Assembly (NCBI RefSeq): GCF_009914755.1
Contig: NC_060925.1
Length of the DNA: 64,000 nucleotides
DNA from: the human T2T-CHM13v2.0 reference genome, Homo sapiens
Reading direction: 5' to 3' (one strand)
The notes under the pieces are model-generated. The model saw only the letters and a list, made by a program, of their open reading frames with translations. It searched no databases and was not told where the DNA came from. A program made the position numbers and the translations under genes. This document shows, one piece after another, positions 42,779 through 60,110 of the stretch. How positions within the stretch are numbered: position 1 is the stretch's first letter; the number at the start of each line of letters is the position of its first letter.

Positions 42779-43951
42779 TCATATCTTTATTTTCATGAAG
42801 ATCAACAAATATAAATTGATCTGTAGTTCTCTAACTTAAAGAATAATACATTTTTGAAATAAATTATTTGATTTAATGCATTATGTATTTTAGTAAATTC
42901 CCTGCCATGGAAAATGAGAACTGAGTAAAGTACTGATTTAGAGAGAAGCAATTATTTTCTACTTTTAAAGATAGAATCATTTTAAATATTATACATAGTC
43001 AATTCAATTATTTGTATTAATGAATATAATGAGTGGCATGGATTATTCAAAACAGCAATAATGCAAAAGTCTTTAATATGTGTGTTTGAAATGGGTTTGA
43101 ATCAGTGCTTTCCCCATTTTTTTCCCTGCTGTAAGAATTAACTGACGTTTGAAAAATTCAGTCTGGGCACCACCGTGCCAGATCTACTTATTCAGAATTT
43201 TAAAGGGCAGGGCCTAATAATCAATTCTTCACTACACCTATAGCCTATTTAGGACACCACACTCTGTAACACTTTACCTTCCTACTTATGGATCAACCAA
43301 GAAGTAGCAGTGGCAAATAGAACTGTTAAGGTTACCACAGATAGATTATAAAGCAAACAACTCAATTAATAGACTACATATTGTATATTTGATCCACTAT
43401 ACAATAATATCAACAGTCTAAAATAATAGCAGTACTTTAATAAATACTCTAAATTCTAGCAAACAGTCTCCCTTTGATAAGGCACAATTAATATTTTCAA
43501 AATACTAAGTGAAAAGAGAAATCTTGTTCAGTGCAAGGTAACTTGTAAATAATACTCAATTTCCTTAATCAGTCTCAAATATATTCATTATGAGTTAGAA
43601 TTTCAAAAACAGCTAAGAATGGATTTTAATGTTTACGCAAAAACAAATATTTAATTTCATTTTTCCTAATATGGTAACATTTTGAAAATGTAATTCATGT
43701 AAGCCAGATAAGGTTTGGGGGTCTTTTTTTTGGGGGGGAGATTTTTGGTTTTGTTTTTTTTGCAAGAGTAGATACCTTAGAGAAAACTAGGAGAAAAAAA
43801 AAACAACTGACATTACAAAGCTGCTCATGCATTTGAGAAATAGTTCACTACTATATTATCTCATAAACCCTCTACTACCCTGTTTATTCAAGGAAAACCA
43901 TGAATAGTTTTAAAGCAGTTTATTGTGTCACAAAAGCAACAGGGCATTTTT

Positions 43952-44124
43952 TTTAATTTTATTATACTTTAAGTTCTGAGATACATGTGCAGAACGTGCA
44001 GGTTTGTTACATGGGTATACACATGCCATGTGTATGGTTTGCTGCATCCATCAATCTGTCATCTACATTAGGTATTTCTCCTAATGCTATCCCTTCCCCA
44101 GGCCCCATTGTGTGATGTTACCCT
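43952..44124 (-). mobile_element. Short 5'-truncated L1PA 3' end
   Basis: attatactttaagttctgagatacatgtgcagaacgtgcagg. 15-bp TSD caacagggcattttt (43937-43951, 44125-44139). Confidence 0.92.
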
Positions 44125-44795
44125 CAACAGGGCATTTTTAAAATTAATTACGAATCAAGCTGTATGTGTTGTATCTTCTAAAATACTTGAATGTTCTTTT
44201 ATATCTTCTCTCTAAAGAATATATTTCTATTTTTATTTCCTCGTTATCATATTCTGACTTACTTTGTTTTTTCTTCACCTTATATATTAAATGAAATTGT
44301 TTTAAAGTAAGCAAGATTCTCTTTAGTTAATACCTTCTCCAGACTAGAAGTTGGAAAAGTTCTCTAGAAGTTCTAAAGAAGCCACTAAAATGGCAATGAT
44401 ATCTTTTAGCAGAACATTTCCATCTGTATGCCCATGCACATGTGCACACCCTACACATCTACGTACATATACATACTACAAAAGTCCATGCACACACATA
44501 CAGAAACAAAACTTCATCGGTGTCTTGGAAATGCATTATTGGACGTGTTTCCCTTGTTTATCAAATGAAAAGTCAGTTCATTTTAAATATAGTAACTGTA
44601 AATAGTGAGATAAAGCTAAACTAGTTGAAATTTGTTATGGCTACATAAGCAAATTTGAGAGGACAATACGGCTATTACACAAATAATTCAGCAAAGGCCA
44701 TGCAGATTTGCTTCCTAGAATTACCAAATTTATAAGAATGAGTCCATTTTTCAGATAATATTGGAGTTCAGTACTGGGTATGTAACAGAGGAGCC

Positions 44796-45033
44796 TTTTT
44801 TTGTTGTTTTTTGGTGACGGAGTCTGGCTCTGTCGCCCAGGCTGGAGTGCAGTGGCGCGATCTCAGCTCACTGCAAGCTCCACCTCCCGGGTTCACGCCA
44901 TTCTTCTCCTCAGCCTCTCCAGTAGCCGGGACTACAGGCGCCAGCCACCATGCCGTGTTAGTCAGGATGGTCTCAATTTCCTGACCTCGTGATCCGCCCA
45001 CCTCAGCCTCCCAAAGTGCCGGGATTACAGGCG
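44796..45033 (-). mobile_element. AluY, 5'-truncated, with an internal ~40-nt deletion of the linker
   Basis: TSD cagaggagc. The junction ccatgccgtgttag lacks the A-rich linker. Confidence 0.92.
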
Positions 45034-46521
45034 CAGAGGAGCATTTTTTAACTGAAATGAGATCATCTAAAGCCTTAACAAAAATAATGAGGAATCTGGA
45101 AAACATACCACATATGGAAAAGGTAGGCGAAACTAGAAAGAATTCGTAATTATGAAGAGTTAGGAGTCACCGTTGTCTTTAAATATTTCAGTTACCAACA
45201 TTATTAAAATGGAATGACACATAATGTGATTCTCTATTAAATAGAATATTAGATAAATGCACGAATTACGAATGAGAATTATCCAACTTTGAAATGGCCA
45301 TCAATGTGGAGAGCTCTCCAATACCTATAAATGTGCCAAAGGCTGGACAACAGCATGCGAGCCACTGGCTTTTTTTTTCTTCCTGAGAGCAAAGGCAATT
45401 TTGCATGGTGTGAAGTCTCTCATTAAATAATTTCCTAATCCCAATCTAATTATCAAATTATGTGAAGTAAAACTCTTAATGAATCTGGCGATCTCTCTGA
45501 GTCAATATAATCATTGAGAAACATGGATTATATTAAAACATGAAATTATACAACTTTTATTTAAAGCCAAAATGCAAGCAAAATGTTTTTTGATACATGA
45601 CTTATACTGGGCACAGAAAATGTCCTTTAGGCTTACTGGTTACAGTATAAAGTAGAGCTTTTTTTTTTTTAATTTGATTTAATGATAACTCTTTCCAGCA
45701 GCAAGGCATGTTAGTGACAGCGTGTACTTTTGAGACCTTCCTCAGCACCAGTTTTTTAGCACCCAGGTATTTAGTTCAGAGTTTAGTGGTTACCCTTCCC
45801 AAAGTTTTTCATGATTTAACTTATTTTAAATATAATCTCACCGCTTCCTTTTTCAAGTTTAAACTGGTTTCATCTCCTCCCTCCATTCCTTCCTCCCTCC
45901 TTTCCTTCCTTTAATCTTGCCTCCCTCTCTTCCTTCTTTTCTTCTGACCTCCCTACCTCCATCTAACTTTATCTGAATTTACTTACATCTAGTAGACTAT
46001 GTTAGTGTAATCTTTCGTGCACTCTTACACTAAGTTAGTGTACTCTTTCTGGACCTTCCCCAGAACCACAGAGTTTTGATTTATGGCAAATCTGCTCTCA
46101 TCACTTTTTAAGATGTCATTTTTGTCAAAGGCTTATACAAAAGTTAAAATTTAAAGTAATTTTGTTACATTTATTCAAATACCATAATAGCAATTTTATT
46201 TGATTTAAAAAGATACTGGAATTCCAATCATTATTAGGTGGTACCTTCTATTGAAATATGTTCTTGCTATTTAATAGTTATTTTTATGTTGATCAACAAC
46301 ATTTTATTTGGGTAAATGTTATATATTCTTTGTGACACTTATTTCTGGCTATTTTATAATTTTGGTTGCCTTTTAAATTGTTTTATTCCAATCTTTAACT
46401 TTTTGGTTTTGATATTGGAAATAGCTGCCATGTTGACCTCTCTTACATGTGATTTTTTTTTCACATTTATTACTTGGGTTTGCTAGACAGACAGTTATGG
46501 ACATGTTCTTTAATATTTCTA

Positions 46522-47405
<884 letters not shown>

Positions 47406-47530
47406 CATTTACATTTCATTGTTTATGCCTTACTACATTGACTAGCACTTTTGGGGGGAAAAAAGTCAAATAATTGTGTTGTCCCTTTCTTATAAGAGGA
47501 TGCCTCTAGTGTTTTAGCAGCAATTAATTA

Positions 47531-48009
47531 CACTTGGCCCTTTGTATCCATTAAGTTCCACATCTATGTATTCAACTAGTTGCAGATAGGAAATATTTGG
47601 GAAGAACAAAAAACAACATCTGTACTAAACATGTACAGACTTGTTTTTCTTGTCATTATTCCCTAGACAATACAATATAACAGCTATTTACATAACTTTC
47701 ATGTTTTATTAGGTATTTAGTAGTACTTAGGTACTACTAAGTGCTATTTCCCTCCTAATTTTCCTAATGATACAGATCTTTTTTTCTTGTCATTATTCTT
47801 TAGGCAATACAGTATACCAACTATTTACATAACTTTTATATTTTATTAGGTATTATAAGTAATCTAGAGATAATGTAAAGTATAATGGAGGCTGTACATA
47901 GATTATTATGCAAATCTTATGCCATTTTATATGAGGCACTTGAGCATTGTGGATTTTGGTATCCACAGAAGTCCTGGAACCAATCCCCATGATTACTGAG
48001 GAACAATTG
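47531..48009 (-). mobile_element. MER2 TcMar-Tigger DNA transposon with internal duplication
   Basis: TA-flanked. ggattttggtatccacagaagtcctggaaccaatcccc matches MER2. Confidence 0.85.
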
Positions 48010-49266
48010 TATTTTGTTGATATTGGGATTGCTTAAATATTTACACTTTACTAAAAATTATATCAGTAATGGATGGGTATTGATTGTTATTAAAAAAAAC
48101 CTATATCGAACCTATCAAGTTAATAGTATATTGTTCCTTTTCATGTACTGATTTGGTGAATTACTTCAACAGTTTTCCTATGATGCAATTGTTTTTGTCT
48201 ATCCTGGAATAAGTTGTCTTTGTGACGGTAAACTATTCAGGTAATTTACTGTTGGATTCATTTTCCTATACTTTTTCAGGAGTTTTTCTTCTACAGTAAT
48301 AATGATGTGATGTCTTTTTTAGATTATTCTAGTATCTTCGAATATGAATTGAACAACTCCAGATTTTTCTATGGTCTGAAACAATTTAGATACTGCAGAG
48401 ATGTTTTTTGCAACTGTCATCAATTTTTCCTAATGATATCAACTACCTTAATGTTGATTTTAATTTGATACTTTTTTTTCATTTTCCTTTTATTCTTTTG
48501 TTCTGGTACTTGAATTCAATGTAAAATTTACCCGGAATCTTGTTAAAATGCAATTTTCCTGATTCACTCTTAAAATTCTTATTCAATAAATTTAAATCAG
48601 GCCTCGTCATTTTAATAACAGGAAAAATAATTCTGATCCAGGCTGTCAATGCACCATTCTTTCAGAAACATTAGTTTGCTTTTTTCTAGTGCCAGTGCCT
48701 TGATACCTATTTAGGATATCAAACTTTTGTGGATAGTCTCTTTTAAATCTTACAGTAGACATAGATCACTATCAGAGGAAGGTTCTTCCTCTGTGTCTAC
48801 TTCTTACTACCAAGTGCTTTTTCCCTCCCTCTTTCTTCTAATTCTGCAATATTGGTCATGGAGTCCATATATAAGATTTTTATTACTGTACTCATCTCAA
48901 ACAAGGAATTATCTGCCTGGACCTTCTGGTCTCAGCAGGCAGATTCAATGGATGCACAGAAGTCTTGTCCTCTATTTATTTGATGTTCATTGTCCTTTGG
49001 AAAATGTACATCTGAATGGTGAGTTAATATACATAGCTCCCAGTACAACTTGCATTTCTAAGAACTTTTCAGCTGGAGTTATTTCTGTGCTTCTAGATTG
49101 TGGCATCCTGCTAATTCCGTGTTTGGTGATCTGACTTTGATCAGTAAGGAGAAAGCATACTGCCAAGGTTATCTCACTCTGTTTTCACTACTAACAAAAA
49201 TAAAAATTATACCTTTCCAAATGTATCACATTATTCTCAGTTTACTCCTATTTTTTCTAAGGTCAT

Positions 49267-49715
49267 TGTGATGGAATGAATTATGTCCCCCTAAAAGAAA
49301 AAGTCCTAGCTCTCATGACCTCAGAATTCAAACTTATTTGGGAATGAGGTCATTGCAGATATAATTAGTTAAATTAATATGAGGGTATACTATAATAGGG
49401 TGAGCCCTTAATCAAATATGACAGATGTCTTTATAAGAAAAGAAAAATTTGCACACAGACACATATGCAGAAGGAAGATGGTCATATGAAGACAAAGGCA
49501 GAGACTGAGTTATACTTTCAAAACTCAAGGAACACCTGGGACTACTAGAACCTGGAAAAGACAAGGAAAGATCCTCTCCTAGAGCATTAGTAAAGCGCAA
49601 GGCCCTGCCTACACCCTATGTTCAAATTTCTGGCCTCCATTACTGTCAGTCAATAAACTTCTATTGTTTTCAAGCACCAAGTTTGTGGTGCTTCATTGTG
49701 GCAGTCCTAAATACA
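49267..49715 (+). mobile_element. MaLR MLT1 (B/C-like) LTR
   Basis: tgtgatggaatgaattatgtcccc..., ggtcattgcagatataattagttaa, aataaacttctattgttt, tgtggtgcttcattgtggcagtcctaa. Confidence 0.85.
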
Positions 49716-50214
49716 GTCTTTTTCTATAATGGTGACAACACCAGTTCTCAGTCATACCACGTTCATTCATTAGAATGTAAACTCCATAAGGGCAAGGGCC
49801 ATATTGAGTTTTGTCCATGCTTATATCATGAGCATCCCACATATTAGTTAGGACCTACTGGACATTAAAGATTAAGAGATAAATTCCTGAATGAAGGCAT
49901 AATGTGGTAGCCAATTTTTTCTTTGGTACAAACCATGAGGACTCTGAACTAATAGTATGGTAGGAGAGATAAAATCATCTTACTTTTCTTCCTTATGTTA
50001 TAACATCTGAGGATGCAAAACTCGGGTTTATGGTGAGGTGAATCCTTGGAAATTCTTTCTTATTCCAACTTAATCTGCCTTATGATTAATGTCATTTCCC
50101 CACAGATTTTGTAAATAGGTTATGAATTTAGATTTTATTTATTTGTACCTTTAGCTGTCTATGATTTTAATAAATGTTTATAAAGTATACTATTATTAAT
50201 TTATTTGATTTTTA

Positions 50215-50537
<323 letters not shown>

Positions 50538-50545
<8 letters not shown>

Positions 50546-50723
50546 GGGAGGAAAGAAGGAATAAAGGAAGAAAGGAAGGAAGGGAGGGAGGGAAGGAGGG
50601 GGAGAGAGAGAGAGAGAGACGGAGAGAGAGAGAGAGAGAAAGAAAGAAAAAGGAAGGAAGGAAGGAAGGAAGGAAGGGAGGGAGGGAGGGAGGGAGGGAG
50701 GGAGGGAAAGAAAGAAAAAGAAA
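50538..50723. repeat. Compound polypurine microsatellite (GGAA)n/(GA)n/(GGGA)n
   Basis: 186 nt with only two pyrimidines. Confidence 0.95.
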
Positions 50724-51054
50724 CGTTCATTCAAATAATTTTAGTGACTGGCCCAAATTCATACAGCTAGGATGGGGACAGAGTTGGAACATTGGTCTTT
50801 CTATTCTTTTTCTTGCTTCTTGCCTTCTTAGCAAGTTGAGAATTTATTGGTAGTAGGAGAATTCTAGAACATTTGTAAAATATTATAAAAGAACATTGTA
50901 AATAACAGATCCACCCACAAATAGTGGGCTATCCCCATAAATAGTGGGACATGTTTGTTAAGGTCTGCCCTGTGATTATTGACTCTAAACCAGATTCCTA
51001 TCCATTTCCAAATATTCATACTTAGTTTCTGATAACCAACAAATGAAGGCTTGT

Positions 51055-52155
51055 CAAACACAACAAAAACACACATAGACAAATAGGAATTAATTAAACG
51101 AAAACTCTTCTGTACACCAAAGGAAACAAACAGAGTAAATAGACAATATACAGAATGCCAGAAAATATTTGCAAACTATGCATCCAACAAAGGGCTAATA
51201 TCCAGAATCTACAATGAACTCAAACAACTCAACAAGAAAAAAATATAAACTCCTTAAAAAGTGTGCAAAGGATATGAACAGACATTTTTCAAAAGAAGGC
51301 ATACAAATGTATGCAGCCACAAACATATGCCACCATGCTCAACAATGCTAATCATCAGAGAAATGCAAATTAAAATCACAATGAGATACCACCTTATACC
51401 AGTAAGAATGGCTACTATAAAAAGTCAAAAAACAACAGATGTTGGAAAGTTTGCAGAGAAAACGGTGCACTTATACACCACTGGGAGGAATGTAAGTTAG
51501 TACAATCTCTATGGTAAACAGTATGGAGATTTTGCAAAGAACTGAAAATCAAACTACCATTCAATTCAGCAATCCAACTTCTGGGTATGTACCCAAAGGG
51601 AAAGAAGTCATTTATTATATCAAAAAGATACAAGTACTTGTATTTTTATTGCAGCACTACTACCAATAGCAAAGATATGGAATGAACTTAAGTGTATACT
51701 TAATGGATGACTGGATAAAGAAAATGTGGGGTAGATATAGATACACACACAAACACACATACACACACAATGGAATACTGTTTGGGTATAAAAAAAGAAA
51801 AATAATGAAATAATATCTTTTTCAGCAACATGAATGGAACTGTAGGCCATTATTCTAAGCAAAATAACCTAGAAACAGAAAGTCATATATTGCATATCCT
51901 CACTTATAAGTGGGAGCTAAACAATGGGTACACATGGACATACAGAATGAAAAACAAGAAATCGAAGACTTCAAAAGGTGGGCAGGTGGGATGGAGGTAA
52001 GGATTGAAACATTATCTAATGGGTACAATGTTCACTATTCAGATGATGGGCACACAAAAAGCTCAGATTTCACTACAACACAATATACCCATTCAAGAAA
52101 ACTACACTTGTTCCTCTTAAATCTATAAAAATAAAAGTAAATTAAAAATAAAAAA
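51055..52155 (+). mobile_element. L1 (L1PB/L1MA-like) 3' 1.1 kb
   Basis: ORF2 remnant [21 protein letters not shown], 3'UTR and A-tail. TSD gaaggcttgt. Confidence 0.9.
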
Positions 52156-52220
52156 GAAGGCTTGTAAAAAATAAACAAGTAAGCCTCCTATCCATTTTTC
52201 ATTTTAAAAAGGTAGTTTTG

Positions 52221-52519
52221 GGCCGGGAGCGATGGCTCATGCTTGTAATCCCAGCACTTTGGGAGGCCAAGGCAGGCACATTGCCTGAGCTCAGGAGTTT
52301 GAGACCAGCCTGGGCAACACGGTGAAACCTCATCTCTACTAAAATACAAAAAACTAGCGGGGCATGGCGGCGGGTGCCTGTAGTCCCAGACTCAGGAAGC
52401 AGAGGCAGGAGAATTGCTTGAACCCTGGAGTCAGAGGTTGCAGTGAGTTGAGATCGTGCCACTGCACTACAGCCCAGGTGACAGAGCAAGACTCCATCTC
52501 AAAAATAAATTTAAAAAAA
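52221..52519 (+). mobile_element. AluS
   Basis: Full Alu. TSD aaaaag(g/a)tagtt. Confidence 0.93.
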
Positions 52520-54470
52520 GATAGTTCAGGCTCAAGTGCTTCCAATGAGTTTCCACCTGGTTTCCAACCTCTACTCTATGTACACAGAGAAACGCAATTT
52601 AAATGTTGTGCAATTTTTCCTAAGATATTTCCTAACTTCTTTTTGCCATCTAAGTCTTTTCATAATTACTCAAGCCTAACATACTCAACACCTTTAGTCA
52701 GTAACATTGCATAATGAAGGAAAGATTAATTTTGATGACATTTAGTAGCATTGTCTGCATTTTTAAAATACAATTCAAAATAATGTCAGTTTTGGAAAGG
52801 GAACTGAGCTACTCACACACATAGAGACACGTATATGCACATATATGCATGTGTTTATATATGTTACATATACATATACAATGTCATGTGGTGTAATGGT
52901 AATGAGGAAATAAAATGGGATAAATAACAACTATCAATTTCTTTTGTTAGAAATATTATGAATAGCCCCTCAATAACTGCATTGACTCTCCTTATCAGCC
53001 CTTAGTAATCACAACCTGCAGGTAACTGGAAATAGTCTTGTGGTTTCCATGGTAAAACACATTATGAAATCAGCCAAGAGTACTTTTCTATTAAAGTACT
53101 CTTTAACGCAAAAAAGTATTTCTTTTCAGTTAGAAAACTCACATCCTTATGTTCAATGTTCATTTGCTGGGCCAACTCTCTGTACTTCCCCATTTTATTT
53201 AAAATAATTAAATCCAAGCAACCCCAATTTGATTTAAATGTAAGCATGAGAACCAAAATAAAAAGAAATATAGAATAATTATAAAGGTATATTTTGTCAT
53301 TCGTAAATTGCAAAGAGATTCCCCCTCTTCATGCCCCCTGCCCAACTGTATGAGGTGGGCAGGCCTGAGCCAAGCCATTAAAAAGAGAAAAGAAAAGAAA
53401 GAAAAAACATGCAAAGAATAAAGCGTTTATTCATTTTTATACTATTAAATGTGTAATAAAGAGCAGAAAAATATACAGAATTTAGGCCTGTAATAAATTA
53501 TCTTTGGTAAGGATTACGTATCCTTACCACTACCACCTCAGAAAAGAAAAGAAAAAAAAAAGAGCAGATGCTCCTAAATTATTTCCACGTTTTTCTTCTT
53601 ACCCCACCTCCACTCCTTCCCATTATTTATAAACACACAAAAGGCCTCAAAGGTAATATAATTACGTACCTAAGTACATATACATATGTAAACAAACATA
53701 CACATGTGTATGATTACATACATTATAGATATATAAAGCTGTTCATCACAAAACTATTTATAAGCTTATAATATGACTACAGGCACCTGCAACCCCACCA
53801 TAAACCTAATAGCTTGCCAATCAAAACTCTTCATAACTACAACACATAAACCCTCTTCTCCTTTTCTCTATACATAAGAGTATAGAAAATACCATGTAAT
53901 CTCTAACTCAAATGGGAATATTTCACTAGTCATTGTAAAATCTCGAAGGAAAATATAAAGATGCTCTGACAGTCTAGGATTACCAGGAATGGCACAGTTA
54001 AATATTATAACAAAGTCCAATATGGGGAGAAATATATGTGTTTGTGGAGAGGGAACCAATAGGTCTCAAAGAGTTGGGCTATGTTCAACAGATGAGAGTT
54101 ATTTGTATGAAACTGGAAGTTACATGAACACACTAACATGCAGTGAAGGAAGCACTTTCTTTTTTTTAACTTAACACTTCCCACCAAAAACATACGATTT
54201 TAAATCAACCCTCCAAATCGTCTCTTCCATTTTGCACTTAACTGGAAGAAGTCACAATTCAGTAATGGGCACAGCTCACTGGAACACATGTATGTCTTTA
54301 AGATTTCTCTTAGTATGTAATGCACTTGCTTAAGTTACGACTTTTAATAGGCAAATTGTATAGCGTGGAATACATTTAAAGTCAAGGTGACACAATTTGA
54401 AGGAAGAAGGGAAAATGGTCACTAATATAATTTCACTTAATACAAACTTACGACAATACAAATGGGTTTT

Positions 54471-56458
<1,988 letters not shown>

Positions 56459-56889
56459 CTAGGGAAATATGTTGCGGAAAATATGTTTCCACACATTCGT
56501 ATGTGAATTTGTTTATTCTGTAGTATAGTGTAAGAGCTAAAGAAGATGAGCATGAGCTTCGTATATGCATTTGATTACCAGGTCTGATAACTATTCTCTG
56601 TAAAATGCAGGTATTACTTCCATTTCACAGGATTGCTATAGAAATTTTAAAAACATAGCATATATGTAAAATATGCAACAAAGCAATGACAACTCATAAC
56701 TTTTATAGTGTGTTGATAATACAAAACGTTCCTAAAATAAACGTATAATTGGAAAAACAAAAACTGTGGTTCATCTATTTCAATTTGATATGGTTGTTTC
56801 CTACAATAATCATTTACTTGGGAAAAATAAGCATATAATACAATAAAGAACTTCCTTATTTACTTCAGAAAATGCCTACAGATCAATTT

Positions 56890-57185
56890 ATTGGAGACAA
56901 TAATTAATCTGCTCACCTGGGCAAACAGATCACTTATCAAACAGTAGCTTACTCATTAAGACTTGCTTCAAAGCCCTCACTTTGTCAAGAACTTTTACCA
57001 TTCTAAATCAGTTTTCCACCTTTAAAGATCTGCCTAATACCACAAGAGCCTTGATCCTAGAGCCTAATAAATAACTCAATTACAACATCACTCTCCTGAA
57101 ATACTGTTAAAGCTTACTCACTAAGTGAAGACAGTTTGAGCAAACATAATTTAATTCATTAACAGGCTTTCTAGTGATATTTCAA
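56890..57185 (+). mobile_element. Probable ERV1 LTR fragment
   Basis: cacttatcaa, ataaataactc, ttaacaggctttctagtgat LTR-like motifs. Family not assigned. Confidence 0.3.
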
Positions 57186-58199
57186 TTATTTGTTGTTTAT
57201 GGTATAAAGGGAGCTTTCCCACACCTGCTGTTCCATAATGTAATTATTTTTAGTCAAAGTAGATGAGGCCTATGTCATCATTTTTAATGACTGCATATCA
57301 TTTCTCTATAATAATATTCACCATTTAATCACAAATCCCCTACTAATGGATCCTTAAGTTTTATTTGGTCTCATAAATAATGATTAAAACATCTATATTT
57401 TACAAAAAAGAGATGAGTAAATAATAAATTTATTTTCTATAATTTTATTAGAAAATGTGAAATCTAAATGTTATTTTTAAATATATGCATATGTCAAAGA
57501 ATACATCAGTAATATAAAAAACTGGTGATTATATTCTCCCAATTTTAAATAAGCCTCTTTGATGAAACCATCTCAATACAATTTCCCTAAGCTATCTAAG
57601 AAATTGATAATGATATAGTTAAAATTTGAAAATGTTACACTTGAGAAAAATTCACCATCAGTTCTATCAGAAAAATTATCCAGAACTTGAAAGTAGATGA
57701 AGGCAATTACGAGGTGCTCTTTCAATGCAGTGCTGGACGTGGCTTTCTATTTTCTGTGGTATTTTACAAATGTGAAGGAAAAGACATTAATGTATAGAGT
57801 TTTGTCTAATAGGCATCCAAAGGATTTCTGCCTAATTTAAAAAGATAATTTCAAAGGTTGTGGTTTATGGGCCAGTAGAACTAGGGGTTGGTGTGGGGTG
57901 GCGACTGTATTTGTGGAAGTGCAGGTGGAGGGGTAACTCAGCAATTTTATTCTATCATTGCCTAGAATTACTTAGCTTAACAAAAGCTCCTGGACCAGTT
58001 TTAATGCATTACTGTTTCCCTCATTAATTAATGAGGTGTATAAAATTTCTGACATGTTCTCATGTTATATTTATATAAAGGATATGTTTTTAACCTTTTG
58101 AAAATTATGCTATAACAGCCCTTCCTCAAATTAGTAAGAATTTCTTACTAACGGTCAATATAATTTAAGTTGATGTAACTGCTTTGGAAAACAAATGTT

Positions 58200-60110
58200 A
58201 TTTATAATATGATAAAATAATCTATAGATTCCATAAGCTTCCAGTCAAAACTACATAGACTATTTTGTGGAATTTGATAATCTGATTCTATAATGAGTAA
58301 AAGATCAAACTATACAGGATGTTTGAGAAGAAGAATAAAGAGTAGAGGTTTTCTCTACTTGATATTAAGACTTATTAGGATGGTGCAGTAATTAAGGCAT
58401 TATGGAAGCTGTACAGAGAAGGATAAATTGATTCGTGAAATTTAAAAAGATTCAATAAATTGACTCATGCATATAATAAGTATTAATACATAACAGAGGT
58501 GGTATGGCTGAACAGTAGTAAAAAAGAAGCAGCATTAAATAAATGAATCTTTTTAAATGGTTCCCTAAGTAGCAAAAAAAAAAAAAAAAAAAAAAAGTAA
58601 AGAAAGAAACAGAAAAGAAATTGGATCTCTATCTCACAGTATATAGATTAAATCACCTCCTGAAATATTAAAAAATTTTAACCTTTTATGAAAAAATAAT
58701 GGTTAATATTTTTGACCTTTGAACAGTGAAAGTATACTTTAGAAACAAAACGAAAACAAAAACATAAAGTATGTATAAAATTTCTGCCCTAGGAAGATAA
58801 GAGTATAAACCAAGAAATAACTTCACTAATGGGCTCAGAAAATTCTATAAGCTCAAATTTATAAAAGGCATTAATTATTTGAAGTCTTAAAGAAAGTGAA
58901 ATAAGTTCATAATTGGGAGAAGATATTTGAATAAAATATCTGGTAAAGATTTAAAATTAAGAATACAAAAAGAAGTATTAACAAATTATTAAGAACAAAC
59001 ATGTAACCAAAAGGTGCCAACTAGCATTTCACAGAAGAGAAACAATATTGGCTAATAAACTTAGTGAGAAATGTTAAACCTCATTAGCACTCAGGAAATA
59101 TACATAAGACTACAGTGAAGTAACATTTTATATCCATTTAATTGGAAAAATCAAAAGGTTTAATAAAGCCAAATGTTGCAGATATGTGAATCAAAGATTT
59201 CCTTATTATCAGTGGAGTCAGCTGCTGCAATCATTTTTGTAAACAATTTGGCATTGTCTAGTCAAATTAGATATTTATGTATTTACAACCCAGCAACTCC
59301 ATGCCTAGATAAATGCATTAGAGAAACTTAAACATTTGCACTGGGATGCATGTACAAGAAGGTTCAAAGGACCGGGCACAGTTGCTAATGCCTGTAATCC
59401 CAACATTTTAAGAGGTTGAGGCGGGCAGATCACCTGAGGTCAGCAGTTCGAGAGCAGCCTGCCCAATATGGTGAAACCCCGTCTCTACTAAAAATACAAA
59501 AATTAACTGGGCTTGGTGGCGTGTGCCTGTAATCCTAGCTACTCGGGAGGCTGAGGCAGGAGAATCGCTTGAACCCAAGAAGCGGAAGTTGCAGTGAGCC
59601 GAGATAGTGCCACTGCCCTCCAGCCAGGGCAAAAAAAAAGCGAAACTCCGAAAAAAAAAAAAAAAAGGTTCAAGGAAGCACTGTTCATGAGAGCAAATTT
59701 AAATATGAAACAGACGAAGCTTAAATATCCACTGACAGGGATAACTTGTGGCATATTAATACAATGGAAAATTGCAGTCAAAGTTCATAATCTATGGTTA
59801 TATGCAATAATATGAATAAATCTTAGTTACCTAACGTTGAATAAAAGATGCAAGCCTAAGACTATATGTCAGTGATCAGTTTTATAAAGTTCAAAAAAAC
59901 TTTAAAAATTAAACAATAACTTATTTACAGATGCATACATATCTGTTAAGCTATACTTTTTAAAGCAAAAGTATGAAAAGCCAAAACAAGGATAGAAATT
60001 ATTTCTGTGAGGAAGACCAGAGAAGACAGTATAGCAGTCCAGAGTTAGACTTCATTTATTTATAAGGTATTGGTTCTTCAAGTGTCATAGGTGTCTGTAT
60101 ATTTTTAATA
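58200..60110 (+). mobile_element. Ancient L1M (L1MD/ME-like) 3' region, interrupted by an Alu
   Basis: A-rich degenerate ORF2 end (gcatttcacagaagagaa, cctcattagcactcaggaaat, acccagcaactccatgcctag). Confidence 0.75.
59370..59666 (+). mobile_element. AluS nested in L1M
   Basis: Full Alu. TSD aaggttcaa. Confidence 0.93.

Noticed and set aside
48727-49134. 135-aa plus-strand ORF
   Set aside because: Non-ATG start, no recognisable homology, and it lies in T-rich decayed repeat-like sequence.
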